The notes under the pieces: generated by a model
Database searches by the model: none
Told to the model about the DNA's origin: nothing
The model's input: the letters and a program-made list of their open reading frames with translations, nothing else
Program-made: the position numbers and the translations under genes
IMG/VR virus record: IMGVR_UViG_3300032282_006037
Coordinates: 1-64,000 of that record
Direction: 5' to 3' (one strand)
Source of the DNA: a virus
Lineage: Duplodnaviria; Caudoviricetes
Length of the DNA stretch: 64,000 nucleotides
Shown: positions 10,213-19,871 of the stretch, in pieces
Numbering within the stretch: position 1 is the first letter of the stretch
Layout of the letters: each line of letters opens with the position of its first letter

Positions 10213-11649
10213 ATGAAAGATAGAAATATATTTTCATCTAAAAATCCGCCAAGTAGTTGGACTAGAAATCCAAATAATTTTTTAAAAAATTTTGATTTAT
10301 CTGGTTTTGCTGTTTATGTTGATATAGGAGTTTCTTCTGAGAAAACAAAAAAAAGTGCTGCTTTAATAAGCAATAAACACGTTTTATTAGCAAAACATGT
10401 AACCGGTGATAATCCGCCTTCTTTCAACATTAAATTTGTAAATAATAATAATGAAGTTTTTACTTATTCTGTAGATGTTTGTATTCATTTGGATTTTTCA
10501 GATATGATGATAGGAGTTTTGGATAGAGTTATTGATCCTTCTTTGTGTTTTTATAAGGTATTGCGTTCTAATTTTGATAGTTATTATAATTTAATTATTG
10601 ATTCAATTGGTTCTGGATCTAAATTGCCAGTTGTTTTTGTTGATCAAGATAAAAATTTATCTGTTGGAGATGCAATTTTTACAAAAGCAGCGTTGCCAGT
10701 TAATGCGGGTAATCCAACAAGTTATCCTTTAGGTTATGTTTGGCAAATAAATATAAGTAATAATGATTTGAAATATACATATGGTGAATATGTTATTTCT
10801 GGAGACTCTGGTAATCCTATTTTTTGTATATTGAATAACGAATTAATTTTACTTGGTTTATGGCATGTAGCGCAGTTATATCCAGAAGGTAGAGGTCCAA
10901 TAATTAAAAATAATACAGTAGGTAAATTCGCAGCAAGTCATAAATATATATCGGATATTAATTCTGCAATGACTACTCTTGCTGGATCATCTTATTCTGT
11001 AACTCAAATTGCATCAGATTTTAATACTTATTCATCTTTAAAGATTCCAAGCATTGCTATTGGTTCTAATACATATTCTGAGTCTGTTTCTAGTTACAGT
11101 CGATCTCCGAATGTAAGAGGGTATGGGCAAGAAAATAAAACTATTTCTTTAGATGATGATAGTTATATATATGGTCCGTTTTCTTTGTCTTCAGATTTAA
11201 GTTACCTTATAAATCCTTCTTCTCCTTATTTAGGTTTAACAAGTAATAATTTAAAATCAAAAACAAATGAGGGTGGCACTTCTAGCGATCTTTCTTCTAA
11301 CATAGCGTATAAAGCTTTAGCGGTTCCTGCTCCTATTGTTAATAGTATTAGTAACACAAATAATAAAAGACCGATTATTTCTGGAACCTGGATACAAACT
11401 GAATTGCCTACTTATTCAGAAGATATTTATATTGATATATATGATAATAATGTTATTATTTCTTCTTTTACAGACATTACTCTTTCAAATGTGAAAAGCA
11501 ATAATACGTTTACTTTTTCTTTTACTCCGTCTTCTGATTTAAGTATTGGAACGCATACGATAAAAGCAAAAGCGTATTATTTTGATAATAATTATAGTTC
11601 TTTTAGTAATTCAGTTACTTTTGATATATTAGATACTGGTGGCTCTTAA
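10213..11649 (+). CDS. Trypsin-like serine peptidase with a C-terminal bacterial Ig-like domain
   Basis: Catalytic triad motifs LLAKHV, SDMMIG, ISGDSGNP; C-terminal RPIISGT...FTPSSDLSIGTHTIKAKA. Confidence 0.75.
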   Translation: MKDRNIFSSKNPPSSWTRNPNNFLKNFDLSGFAVYVDIGVSSEKTKKSAALISNKHVLLAKHVTGDNPPSFNIKFVNNNNEVFTYSVDVCIHLDFSDMMIGVLDRVIDPSLCFYKVLRSNFDSYYNLIIDSIGSGSKLPVVFVDQDKNLSVGDAIFTKAALPVNAGNPTSYPLGYVWQINISNNDLKYTYGEYVISGDSGNPIFCILNNELILLGLWHVAQLYPEGRGPIIKNNTVGKFAASHKYISDINSAMTTLAGSSYSVTQIASDFNTYSSLKIPSIAIGSNTYSESVSSYSRSPNVRGYGQENKTISLDDDSYIYGPFSLSSDLSYLINPSSPYLGLTSNNLKSKTNEGGTSSDLSSNIAYKALAVPAPIVNSISNTNNKRPIISGTWIQTELPTYSEDIYIDIYDNNVIISSFTDITLSNVKSNNTFTFSFTPSSDLSIGTHTIKAKAYYFDNNYSSFSNSVTFDILDTGGS

Positions 11650-12042
11650 TTAAAATTCAATTTTTGCATTTTTTGTTTCTATAGTTTTTGGTCTGTCTTT
11701 AACATGTTTTTTGCCGTTTGTTTTCTTTTTATAGTCGTCGAAATACTTGCGCTTAATAGGATCTTCGCCGCCATTCAAAGCCGCTCTACGATCTGATAAT
11801 TCAGAAGAATAATCTAACAAATCACCATATCGGCCTTTCATATTTGCTGTTTTATTAACAAATCCTTTATTATCGAATGGATCAACTACTTTTGCGTTTC
11901 CAATATTCACTTGTGGCAGATCATAAACTCGCTCCCAAAAATCTTCATCTCCGTTTTCACCGCAATAATGTTTATATTCTTTCATAGGCATTACAACGTC
12001 AATGATTTTGCCTGTTTTTTTATTTTTGAATTGATAGACCAT
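11650..12042 (-). CDS. FmdB-like zinc-ribbon family protein (Cys-degenerate)
   Basis: MVYQFKNKKTGKIIDVVMPM...WERVY..P pattern; DPIKRKYFDDY tail seen in phage FmdB-like proteins. Confidence 0.55.
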   Translation of the reverse strand: MVYQFKNKKTGKIIDVVMPMKEYKHYCGENGDEDFWERVYDLPQVNIGNAKVVDPFDNKGFVNKTANMKGRYGDLLDYSSELSDRRAALNGGEDPIKRKYFDDYKKKTNGKKHVKDRPKTIETKNAKIEF

Positions 12043-12064
12043 AACTATTATATGAAATATATAA

Positions 12065-12098
12065 AAAATTAAAGCGCGGTTTTTTAGGCCGCGCTTGT
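12065..12098 (-). terminator. Rho-independent terminator after hsp20 (possibly bidirectional)
   Basis: AAGCGCGG...CCGCGCTT stem, T-rich on the minus strand. Confidence 0.75.
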
Positions 12099-12100
12099 TT

Positions 12101-12388
12101 TTATTCTATTTCTATTGTTCTCAGTCTTTCTTTCTTCTTAGGAAGTTTAACTGATAACAAACCATTATTCATTTTCGCTGTTACGCTTTCGAAGTCATAG
12201 TCATTAACGTCATATAGATAATCTTCAAAGTCTACAGCAAACGTTTGCTTGTCGTCTACTTTAATATTAAGAGCTTTATTTGATGTAAAGATCTTAACGT
12301 TTTCTTTAGATTTTCCAGCTAGTTCAAAATTCAAAACTAGCTCGTTATCAGTGTCGCTGTATGTATATTTAAGTGTTTTGTAGTACAT
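12101..12388 (-). CDS. Small heat-shock protein (Hsp20/alpha-crystallin)
   Basis: ELAGKSKENVKI and VTAKMNNGLLSVKLPKK...IEIE; start placed at the second ATG (12388) to fit the sigma54 promoter. Confidence 0.85.
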   Translation of the reverse strand: MYYKTLKYTYSDTDNELVLNFELAGKSKENVKIFTSNKALNIKVDDKQTFAVDFEDYLYDVNDYDFESVTAKMNNGLLSVKLPKKKERLRTIEIE

Positions 12389-12402
12389 AGTAAAATACAT
12401 AT

Positions 12403-12419
12403 AGCAAGAATCATGCCAA
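12403..12419 (-). promoter_or_regulatory. Sigma54 (RpoN) -24/-12 promoter of hsp20
   Basis: Minus-strand TTGGCATGATTCTTGCT matches TGGCAYRNNNNTTGCW with exact spacing. Confidence 0.8.
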
Positions 12420-12449
12420 CTTTTTTAAGCTGAAAAATCATTTAATGAA

Positions 12450-12460
12450 GTCATTTTGAC
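12450..12460. promoter_or_regulatory. Palindrome GTCA-TTT-TGAC, candidate activator site upstream of the sigma54 promoter
   Basis: Inverted repeat about 30 nt upstream of the -24 element. Confidence 0.4.
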
Positions 12461-12464
12461 ACTT

Positions 12465-13547
12465 TTAATTCTTTATTGAGCCAAGAAGTGTGTCAGCTGT
12501 TGTCTCATATGTAAACTTTTCTTGTAGCTTTAGTCCATTTGGATTAGGTTTCTTGGCATATTCAATAGATTTTAAGATTGCAGCATCCATTTCTTCATCG
12601 GAAATATCAAAAAACTGACCTTGATTAAAAGCTGAATTAGGAGTAAAAAAGATTCCATCATAACAGTCTTTTAGCTTCGTTGGTTCAACTAGAATGCAGT
12701 TATCTGCTGTTGCCCAATCTTTGTGAGCTGTTGCGTTCATTACAACGCTCCATTTGCCTAACGTGGTAGAATTGAATGCTGGCAAGTTCCATCCTTCTGC
12801 TCCGCTTAATCCACTGAGATCAATGTCTATACTATTGAGGTAATCATTGACCTCACTATTTGTCTGCATGTAAGGAACAAAATTAATATTATTATATTGC
12901 TTGCCTTCAAATATCTTAATTATTTCTTCTTGAAATTTTGATTTATCTAGGAATGGATTTGTCACAGCGCAAGAAAGCTGATATTTAGAATTATTACCAA
13001 AAAGCTTTAGCCAAGATTTAATTATTCTAGCTGTATTTTTTCTCTTCTCAAATTTACCTAGTATTCCGAAATGAATTTTTTCTTCTAAATAAGTCTTTCC
13101 AGTTAAACAGAAATCTTTATCAAAACCGAGAGGAACAAATTTTACATTAGCAATATCATTCATTTCAAATATTCGCTTTGTATAATTAGAAGTTACGAAT
13201 ACTTGATCTTGGCATTTAAGAATATTTTTTTCAATAGAAGTTACTTGAGATACTTCATGAAAAGTTAAAAGAGATTGGTTTTTTGTATATCGAGATTCGC
13301 TAGAGTTGATGTGCCATAGCTTTAAAGAAGGCAAATCCTTATCTATCTTTTCGTATCTAGACGATGCAGCTTTCTTTATATATTCGACAAAATCGTTATC
13401 GATCTTATCATAAGCGCCAAAATCCAGCTTATCGCCAATTGGAAAGAATACCAAATCTATATTTTTCTTGTAAAATTCTCTTAAAATGTTTACTGAAACA
13501 TTTCCAAAAGATAAAGAATTAATCGGCGCTGAAACTAGTAATCTCAT
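12465..13547 (-). CDS. Glycosyltransferase, GT4-like
   Basis: INSLSFGNVS, GKFEKRKN, LSGAEGWNLPAF. Confidence 0.8.
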   Translation of the reverse strand: MRLLVSAPINSLSFGNVSVNILREFYKKNIDLVFFPIGDKLDFGAYDKIDNDFVEYIKKAASSRYEKIDKDLPSLKLWHINSSESRYTKNQSLLTFHEVSQVTSIEKNILKCQDQVFVTSNYTKRIFEMNDIANVKFVPLGFDKDFCLTGKTYLEEKIHFGILGKFEKRKNTARIIKSWLKLFGNNSKYQLSCAVTNPFLDKSKFQEEIIKIFEGKQYNNINFVPYMQTNSEVNDYLNSIDIDLSGLSGAEGWNLPAFNSTTLGKWSVVMNATAHKDWATADNCILVEPTKLKDCYDGIFFTPNSAFNQGQFFDISDEEMDAAILKSIEYAKKPNPNGLKLQEKFTYETTADTLLGSIKN

Positions 13548-14124
13548 ATTTAGATCTTATGTTTTTAGATATAGAATTCAATGCAGCATTATGAATATTA
13601 ATACATCCTTGTATGCTTAATTTCATTTCTTTGCTTATTTTTCTCCAAGGTGTAAGTTTTTTATTACCTGAGTACCTCATCGAGAATATCTTGTGCAATC
13701 TTTTATCAGGATGATTTTGCAGCTGTACTTTGAAATCTTTTAATACTGAATCTTTAAAGTCTTGTTGAGCTTTGTTACATTCATATTTTATTTTTTCAAA
13801 ATCATAAGAATGATCGTTTAGTTCAATATATTTTCTATTTTTATTAGAAGCATTTAGACACATCCACTTAGCTTCGTTGCCTAAAAATGTAGAAAACTTA
13901 GTTCCTTTGTCTTCATCGTATTTCAAGGCAGAATTATATATTGCTAATTCTTTATCGTTTATGATTTCTTCTCTTAAAGTATCGTTATTACAGTTCTTTA
14001 AAAAAGAATTAACGATATCTAGATAAATTCCAGAATGCCTATCGATTAACTCTGATAAAGATTGATCTACATGTTTATTTCTTTTTATGTTTTTGATTAA
14101 TTGTATATCACTTAAATTCTCCAT
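13519..14124 (-). CDS. Phage RNA polymerase sigma factor (sigma70 family, regions 2 and 4)
   Basis: IYNSALKYDEDKGTKFSTFL (region 2); IFSMRY...PWRKISKEMKLSIQGCINIH (region 4 HTH). Confidence 0.8.
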   Translation of the reverse strand: MENLSDIQLIKNIKRNKHVDQSLSELIDRHSGIYLDIVNSFLKNCNNDTLREEIINDKELAIYNSALKYDEDKGTKFSTFLGNEAKWMCLNASNKNRKYIELNDHSYDFEKIKYECNKAQQDFKDSVLKDFKVQLQNHPDKRLHKIFSMRYSGNKKLTPWRKISKEMKLSIQGCINIHNAALNSISKNIRSKYEITSFSAD

Positions 14125-14737
14125 ATAATGACCATTTATTTTTAAAGAATAAACGATTTATATGCCAATTGCAAGTTTCTTTTTCTTCAGTAAATGTTTT
14201 CCATTTTATCTTATAATCTGCCGCTCGTTTTAATATAGGATCGTTTAGTTTCTCTTGAAAATTAGCGGGTTTTTGACCCATTCTGTTTAAATGTATAACA
14301 AAACCGCCGTTTTGTTTAATCCATTTAGCTTCGTTTTCATATCTTACATCAGTAATAATGACTATTATTTTATTATTTATAGAAGATTTAACCTTTTTAT
14401 CTATTTTTTTTATCCAATAATCTTGATCTAGTTTTCTGCAAACATCTGTGCCGTAAGAAACTAGAATAGGTCTTATAACATCTTTTTCAGCATTGTTTTC
14501 GGTGAAAGCTGAAATATTCAGTTTATCTTTTAAAAAGTCATCTAGATCATGTTTTAATGCAGAAGCAAACGATATCGTTAAACAAGGAAATCCATTCTTT
14601 TGAAGTTTTTGCATTAAATATTTACCTAATGTATCTTTACCGCATCTAGCAACGCCAGCTATTCCAAAAATAAGGGGAAGTTCTTTTTGCACGATTTTTT
14701 TTCTACGTTTAATGATAAAATTATGAGTGTTTTGCAT
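14108..14737 (-). CDS. Deoxynucleoside monophosphate kinase (true start may be GTG at 14692)
   Basis: GIAGVARCGKDT P-loop, SFASALK, R..L..YGTD, ITDVRYENE. Confidence 0.8.
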   Translation of the reverse strand: MQNTHNFIIKRRKKIVQKELPLIFGIAGVARCGKDTLGKYLMQKLQKNGFPCLTISFASALKHDLDDFLKDKLNISAFTENNAEKDVIRPILVSYGTDVCRKLDQDYWIKKIDKKVKSSINNKIIVIITDVRYENEAKWIKQNGGFVIHLNRMGQKPANFQEKLNDPILKRAADYKIKWKTFTEEKETCNWHINRLFFKNKWSLYGEFK

Positions 14738-14828
14738 CTAAGGTATACCTAGGGAAATTATTAAGGTTATTCAGAGGAATTTTTTAACGTGACACTATGG
14801 AAATTTATTGTGGTTGCGCTTTGATTAA

Positions 14829-14882
14829 TTAAACTTTCTTCGAAGACTTCGAAAGTTTAATGCAAAGTTTCTCCTTTGTCAA
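14829..14882 (-). promoter_or_regulatory. Sigma70-like promoter overlapped by nested inverted repeats
   Basis: Minus-strand TTGACA-17nt-TAAACT; plus-strand TTAAACTTTC...GAAAGTTTAA overlapping TTCGAAG-A-CTTCGAA. Confidence 0.55.
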
Positions 14883-15162
14883 GAAAAAAAGAGGAAAGAG
14901 AAGATAAATCTTTAGCTAATTTATAATATCCTAAATCTGTTAATAATTCTGGAACATGCAAAAATTCAATTTTATCATCACTATCATTAACTTTTTTGAT
15001 ATTCATTAATAGTGATAATTTAGTATTTTTACCTAGCTTTTCTATTATCTCCTTCAAAGCTGAAGTAGCAGCTTCAGTATAACTACAACTTAAAATAATA
15101 CTTTGCCAATCAGCACATTCAACTAGATAAAAATCTTCTTGACTTTCTTCTGTCTTAAACAT
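14857..15162 (-). CDS. Hypothetical protein
   Basis: ORF; start moved to ATG 15162, which lies 6 nt after a TTGACA-17-TACTCT promoter. Confidence 0.65.
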   Translation of the reverse strand: MFKTEESQEDFYLVECADWQSIILSCSYTEAATSALKEIIEKLGKNTKLSLLMNIKKVNDSDDKIEFLHVPELLTDLGYYKLAKDLSSLSSFFLDKGETLH

Positions 15163-15197
15163 AAGATTAGAGTATATTAATAAATGCAAGATGTCAA
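15139..15197. promoter_or_regulatory. Overlapping divergent sigma70-like promoters
   Basis: Plus strand TTGACT(15139)-17-TAAGAT; minus strand TTGACA(15197)-17-TACTCT. Confidence 0.55.
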
Positions 15198-16047
15198 TAA
15201 AAAAATACTTTGGCTTGCAGATTTTGATTTAGATCAAGCAGCTGGTGGAGCACAAAGAAGTGACAAGATTCTAATAGAACATGGAAAGAAAATAGGTTTT
15301 AATATACTAAAAGTAAATAAAACTAACTTTGGCGCTCATATTAACATTCATGATTATGATATTCTAATTACATCTAATATCTGTTCACTTCATTTTGAAA
15401 ATAATTGGTTATTGGATGAAATAGCTAAACATAAACACCATGTTAGAATAGAACATGATTCTAATATGTATTTGACAAATGAGCAAAGGAAGAAACTTTT
15501 TTCTAATTGTAAAAAGACATTTTTTTTAACTGAATATCACCATCAATACTTTATTGAAGATTATGGCGATATATTTCATAACGTAGAAATAGTTCCTGAT
15601 CCTATTGATACTGATTTCTTTTGTGATCTAAAAAATGAAAGGGAAAATAAAATTTTATATGCTGGCTATATGCATCCTTTAAAAGGTAGCTATGAATTTT
15701 TTGATTTTGTATTACAGAATACAGATTTAAAGTTTGTTGTATCAGGATGGACCAACTATCCATCTTTAGAATTTTTATGCAAAAGCGTTCCAAACGTTGA
15801 ATATATTAGCTTAACAGATTATGAAAAAATGCCAGAAATATACAATAAGTATTCTCATTTTTACTATAACCCAAATTTAAAAGAACCATTTTGTCGTTCT
15901 TTCGCAGAAGCTTTTTTATGTGGTTGTAAAATAATAAGCAATAAAGTCAATCAAATTGGCAGCTATCAATATTTTATGAAACACGGTAAAGAAAAGTTTG
16001 TAAATGATTGTAAAAACGCTCATATAAAGTTCTGGGAAAAACTGTGA
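15184..16047 (+). CDS. Glycosyltransferase, GT4-like
   Basis: AGGAQRSD, DPIDTDFF, YAGYMHPLKG, EPFCRSFAEAFLCGC. Confidence 0.85.
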   Translation: MQDVNKKILWLADFDLDQAAGGAQRSDKILIEHGKKIGFNILKVNKTNFGAHINIHDYDILITSNICSLHFENNWLLDEIAKHKHHVRIEHDSNMYLTNEQRKKLFSNCKKTFFLTEYHHQYFIEDYGDIFHNVEIVPDPIDTDFFCDLKNERENKILYAGYMHPLKGSYEFFDFVLQNTDLKFVVSGWTNYPSLEFLCKSVPNVEYISLTDYEKMPEIYNKYSHFYYNPNLKEPFCRSFAEAFLCGCKIISNKVNQIGSYQYFMKHGKEKFVNDCKNAHIKFWEKL

Positions 16048-16949
16048 AAATACTTTTAGTTTTTAATAAAAATTTGCCGCGTGAAAATCTTAATAGAATG
16101 GATTCTGGATATTATAATACTTATATTCCATTGTTAGAACTTGGACATGAAGTATACTTGTATGATACCATAAACCCAAAAGAAAAAAATTTTTCTAAAG
16201 TTGTCGAGCAATTTAAACCTGATTTGATTTTTTGCTGTTTAACAGGTAATTCTCAAATCACTCCTTATGAACCAATTGAAGAAATTAAACAAATAACCAA
16301 TTCTGGTAAAATCAAAACATTTAATTGGTTTTGCGATGATACTTGGAGGTTCGAAAGTTTTTCTCAATATTTTTGTCATTATTTCAATGTTTGCTCTACT
16401 CCAGAATATTCTTATATTGAGAAATTTAAACAATCTGGTTATAACAATATAATTTTAGGACAATGGCATTGCAACGAAGATTTATATTTACTAAATCAAA
16501 AAAAATATAATATTGGTTTTTGTGGAGGATTGAATCAAACAAGATTAAACTTTTTAAAACAATTAAATCAACAGGTTTCATATTTTTCAGGATGTTCTTA
16601 TGAAGATATGATCTCACTATATGCATCTTGCAAAATAGTTTTGAATCTTACCATCAATGACAACGATACCGAAAAAAAACGCCAAATGAAATTGCGCATT
16701 TTTGAAGCGACCTGTGTCAATAGTATGTTACTGACTGAAAGCGTTCAAAACATAGAGATGTATTATAAACCAAATGATGAAATAATTTGTTTCGAAAATG
16801 TAGAAGAATGTATAGATAAAATTCAATTCTTTTTAAGAAACGAAAGCGAAATGCAAAAAATTGCTCAAAAAGGAAACGAAAGATTTTTGAAAGAACACAC
16901 TTCAAAAATTAGATTAAATAATCTTATTAAAGAAATAAATAAAATATGA
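16044..16949 (+). CDS. Glycosyltransferase, CgeB / Glyco_trans_1_2-like
   Basis: NWFCDD.WRF, IGFCGG, KIVLNL, KLRIFEAT, EHT. Confidence 0.85.
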   Translation: MKILLVFNKNLPRENLNRMDSGYYNTYIPLLELGHEVYLYDTINPKEKNFSKVVEQFKPDLIFCCLTGNSQITPYEPIEEIKQITNSGKIKTFNWFCDDTWRFESFSQYFCHYFNVCSTPEYSYIEKFKQSGYNNIILGQWHCNEDLYLLNQKKYNIGFCGGLNQTRLNFLKQLNQQVSYFSGCSYEDMISLYASCKIVLNLTINDNDTEKKRQMKLRIFEATCVNSMLLTESVQNIEMYYKPNDEIICFENVEECIDKIQFFLRNESEMQKIAQKGNERFLKEHTSKIRLNNLIKEINKI

Positions 16950-17845
16950 AAATTTATATTCAAAGACATTCTGAATTTGCTGGCAAATGGATTTATTCTG
17001 GCTATGCCCATGCATGGGCTTATTTAGATTATCAAGTAAAATTTATTTCTCAATTGGAAGAAATAAAAGACGATTCTGATTATTGGTTATTTATTACAGA
17101 CGGAATAATAAATGAACAAAATTTAAAATATTTAAAAAATAGCGGAAAAACTTTTTTGTATGTGCAGCCTAATTATTTTCCACATCATTGGGGTAAACAT
17201 CCGAATTTTGTATGTTCCTTATCGCCCGAGCTTATCGATAAGATAAATAATTTAAAAAACATAAAAAAATGGACTTTTGGATATGATACAGAAACTTATT
17301 ATCCATTATGGAAAAATGTTATATCGATGCCGCTAGCTTACGATAATATAAATTATATTACTGAAGACACTTTTGATTATAAATATGACATTTGCTTTGT
17401 TGGGGGCTTTGCAAATAATGGATTTAATGAAAAAGTAGTAATAATACAAAACACTCTAAACGCTTTTTTGAAAGCTGGATTCAAGTGTGGTTTTTCAGTC
17501 GGTCAAAATATTTCTCATGAATTAGAAAATTATGTTTTAAATAAGTCTAAAGTTGCTCTTAACATACATGATTTATATCAGAGAACATTAGGATTAGATA
17601 CTAACGAAAGAACTTTTAAATCATTAGGATGCAATGGCACTTTAATATCTGATTCAATTAAACAAATAGATTTTTTATTCCATAACTGTTTTCAATCAAA
17701 TGATATCGATAAGTTAATTGAAAAAACTAAAGAATTTTGTCAATTAGATATTGAAGAATTAAATTCATATAAAAAGCAAAATAAAAAAATAATTGACAAT
17801 GAACATACATATATAAAAAGAGTAGAAAAGTTTATTCAAGCATAA
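16946..17845 (+). CDS. Glycosyltransferase, CgeB / Glyco_trans_1_2-like
   Basis: YDICFVGG, SKVALNIH, TNERTFK, HTYIKRV. Confidence 0.85.
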   Translation: MKIYIQRHSEFAGKWIYSGYAHAWAYLDYQVKFISQLEEIKDDSDYWLFITDGIINEQNLKYLKNSGKTFLYVQPNYFPHHWGKHPNFVCSLSPELIDKINNLKNIKKWTFGYDTETYYPLWKNVISMPLAYDNINYITEDTFDYKYDICFVGGFANNGFNEKVVIIQNTLNAFLKAGFKCGFSVGQNISHELENYVLNKSKVALNIHDLYQRTLGLDTNERTFKSLGCNGTLISDSIKQIDFLFHNCFQSNDIDKLIEKTKEFCQLDIEELNSYKKQNKKIIDNEHTYIKRVEKFIQA

Positions 17846-18567
17846 TGAAAATATCAATTTTAATTCCTAATTACAACAAGTCAAAATATATTTCAGAATG
17901 CTTGACTTCTTGTTTAAATCAAACATATGAAAATTTAGAAATCATAGTTGTAGACAATGAAAGCACAGATGAAAGCGTAAAAATAATTAAAGAATTTCAA
18001 AATAAATATCCAAATAAATTTATATTTGATACAGCTAAAAATATTTATCCTCGCTGTTGGGACGAGTGTTTAGAAAAAGCTTTTGAATATTTCACTGGCG
18101 AATACTATACAATCATTGCTTCTGATGATTTCATACATAATAAATATATTGAAAACTGTGTGAAATTTATTAAAGAAAAAAATTGTAATTTTTTTCAATC
18201 TCCTTTACATTGGATCGACGATAATAAAAATCTAATCAGATATTCAAAGCATGAATATAATAATTTACTTGACTTAAAAAATAAATTAATTATAGGATGC
18301 GTCATTAACACACCAACTGTATTTTTTAAAACAGAAACGATTAAAAAATATAATTTATTTGCTAATCCAATAAAATATTCTGGAGCTGCTGATTATGATT
18401 TATATTGTAATATTGCAGATAAAGGTTTATATATTGAAAATTGTTCAGAATGGTTAGGTTATTACTATAGAATTAATGAAACACAAGCGACCTGGGAAAT
18501 GCATAAAGACGAAATGAAATACGATAAACTTATTCAAAAAAAATGGAGAGACAAATGGACGAATTAA
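17845..18567 (+). CDS. Glycosyltransferase family 2
   Basis: ISILIPNYN, IIVVDNESTD, IASDD, DYDLY. Confidence 0.9.
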   Translation: MKISILIPNYNKSKYISECLTSCLNQTYENLEIIVVDNESTDESVKIIKEFQNKYPNKFIFDTAKNIYPRCWDECLEKAFEYFTGEYYTIIASDDFIHNKYIENCVKFIKEKNCNFFQSPLHWIDDNKNLIRYSKHEYNNLLDLKNKLIIGCVINTPTVFFKTETIKKYNLFANPIKYSGAADYDLYCNIADKGLYIENCSEWLGYYYRINETQATWEMHKDEMKYDKLIQKKWRDKWTN

Positions 18568-19871
18568 ACAATATTTTAGAATTAGTAAAAAATTATATTG
18601 ATAGCAAACAAAAAACTTGGACTCCTGGTAAAGACTGGGTTCAATATGCTGGTCCATATTTTACTTCAGAAGAATACATTGCTTCAATAAAGTCTTTATT
18701 AAATGGTTGGCTTGTACTTGGTCAAGATACTATCGCCTTTGAAAGCAAATTTCCTAAACATCTTGGCAAAGAATATGGCATACTAACTAACAGTGGCAGC
18801 AGTTCTAATTTAATAATGATGTCAGCAATGACATCAAAAAGATTATACAATTTTCAAAAAGGCACAAAAGTAATTACCCCAATTGCTGGATTTCCAACTA
18901 CAATCAATCCTATATTTCAAGTTGGATTTGAGCCTCTTTTTGTTGATATAGATTTAGATACTTTAAATCTTAATTTAGATCAAGTTGAAGAAGCAGCTAA
19001 AAAAGGAGCTAAAATAATTACTTTTGCTCATGTTTTAGGAAATCCTCCAAACATGAATCGATTAATGGAAATCGTAAAGCAGCATAATCTTATCTTACTT
19101 GAAGATTGTTGTGATGCTTTGGGTTCTACTTATGATGGAAAACCTCTTGGTAGTTTTGGAGAACTAGCTAGTTGTAGTTTTTATCCTGCACATCACATGA
19201 CTATGGGTGAAGGAGGTTTTGTGGCTTGCAAGACTCAATTACAAGAAATAGTTACTAGAAGTTTTAGAGAATGGGGCCGTGGATGTTATTGCGTTGGGAA
19301 AAAAGCTAACTTATTAAAGAATGGTTCATGCGGCAAACGTTTTTCTAACTGGTTGCCAGAACTTCCAGATGAAGAATTCGATCACAAATATGTCTATGAT
19401 GAAATCGGATATAATTTAAAACCAATGGAACTTCAAGCTTCAATGGGGCTAGCACAAATTAATAAGCTTCAAGAAATTCATTCTTTAAGAAAGCGTAATC
19501 ATGCTTTATTATGTGAGATTTTCAATCGATATCAACGTTATTTTATAGTTCCAAAAGCTACCAATTTATCTGATCCAAGCTGGTTTGCTTTTGCTGTTAC
19601 AATTAAAGATGGCGCACCTTTTAAACGTAAACAAATTGTTCAACATTTTGAAAATGCTAAAATTCAAACTCGTCCTTATTTTGCTGGTAATATTATGCTT
19701 CAACCAGCTTATTCAGGAATAATGAATTCAAAAGATATTATTGAAAAATATCCTGTTGCTCGTAAAATTACAACAGATACATTTTTTCTTGGAGTAAGCC
19801 CAGTTATATCTGAGGAACAAATATATTATATAGAATATATTTTAGATTCTTATATAAAACAACTTAAATAA
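18543..19871 (+). CDS. rfbH: NDP-4-keto-6-deoxyglucose 3-dehydratase (RfbH/DdhC/E1-like; PMP- and Fe-S-dependent)
   Basis: NSGSSSNL, EDCCDALG, SFYPAHHMTMGEGG (His in place of the Schiff-base Lys), WGRGCYC...CGKRF, DHKYVY..IGYNLK. Confidence 0.9.
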   Translation: MERQMDELNNILELVKNYIDSKQKTWTPGKDWVQYAGPYFTSEEYIASIKSLLNGWLVLGQDTIAFESKFPKHLGKEYGILTNSGSSSNLIMMSAMTSKRLYNFQKGTKVITPIAGFPTTINPIFQVGFEPLFVDIDLDTLNLNLDQVEEAAKKGAKIITFAHVLGNPPNMNRLMEIVKQHNLILLEDCCDALGSTYDGKPLGSFGELASCSFYPAHHMTMGEGGFVACKTQLQEIVTRSFREWGRGCYCVGKKANLLKNGSCGKRFSNWLPELPDEEFDHKYVYDEIGYNLKPMELQASMGLAQINKLQEIHSLRKRNHALLCEIFNRYQRYFIVPKATNLSDPSWFAFAVTIKDGAPFKRKQIVQHFENAKIQTRPYFAGNIMLQPAYSGIMNSKDIIEKYPVARKITTDTFFLGVSPVISEEQIYYIEYILDSYIKQLK

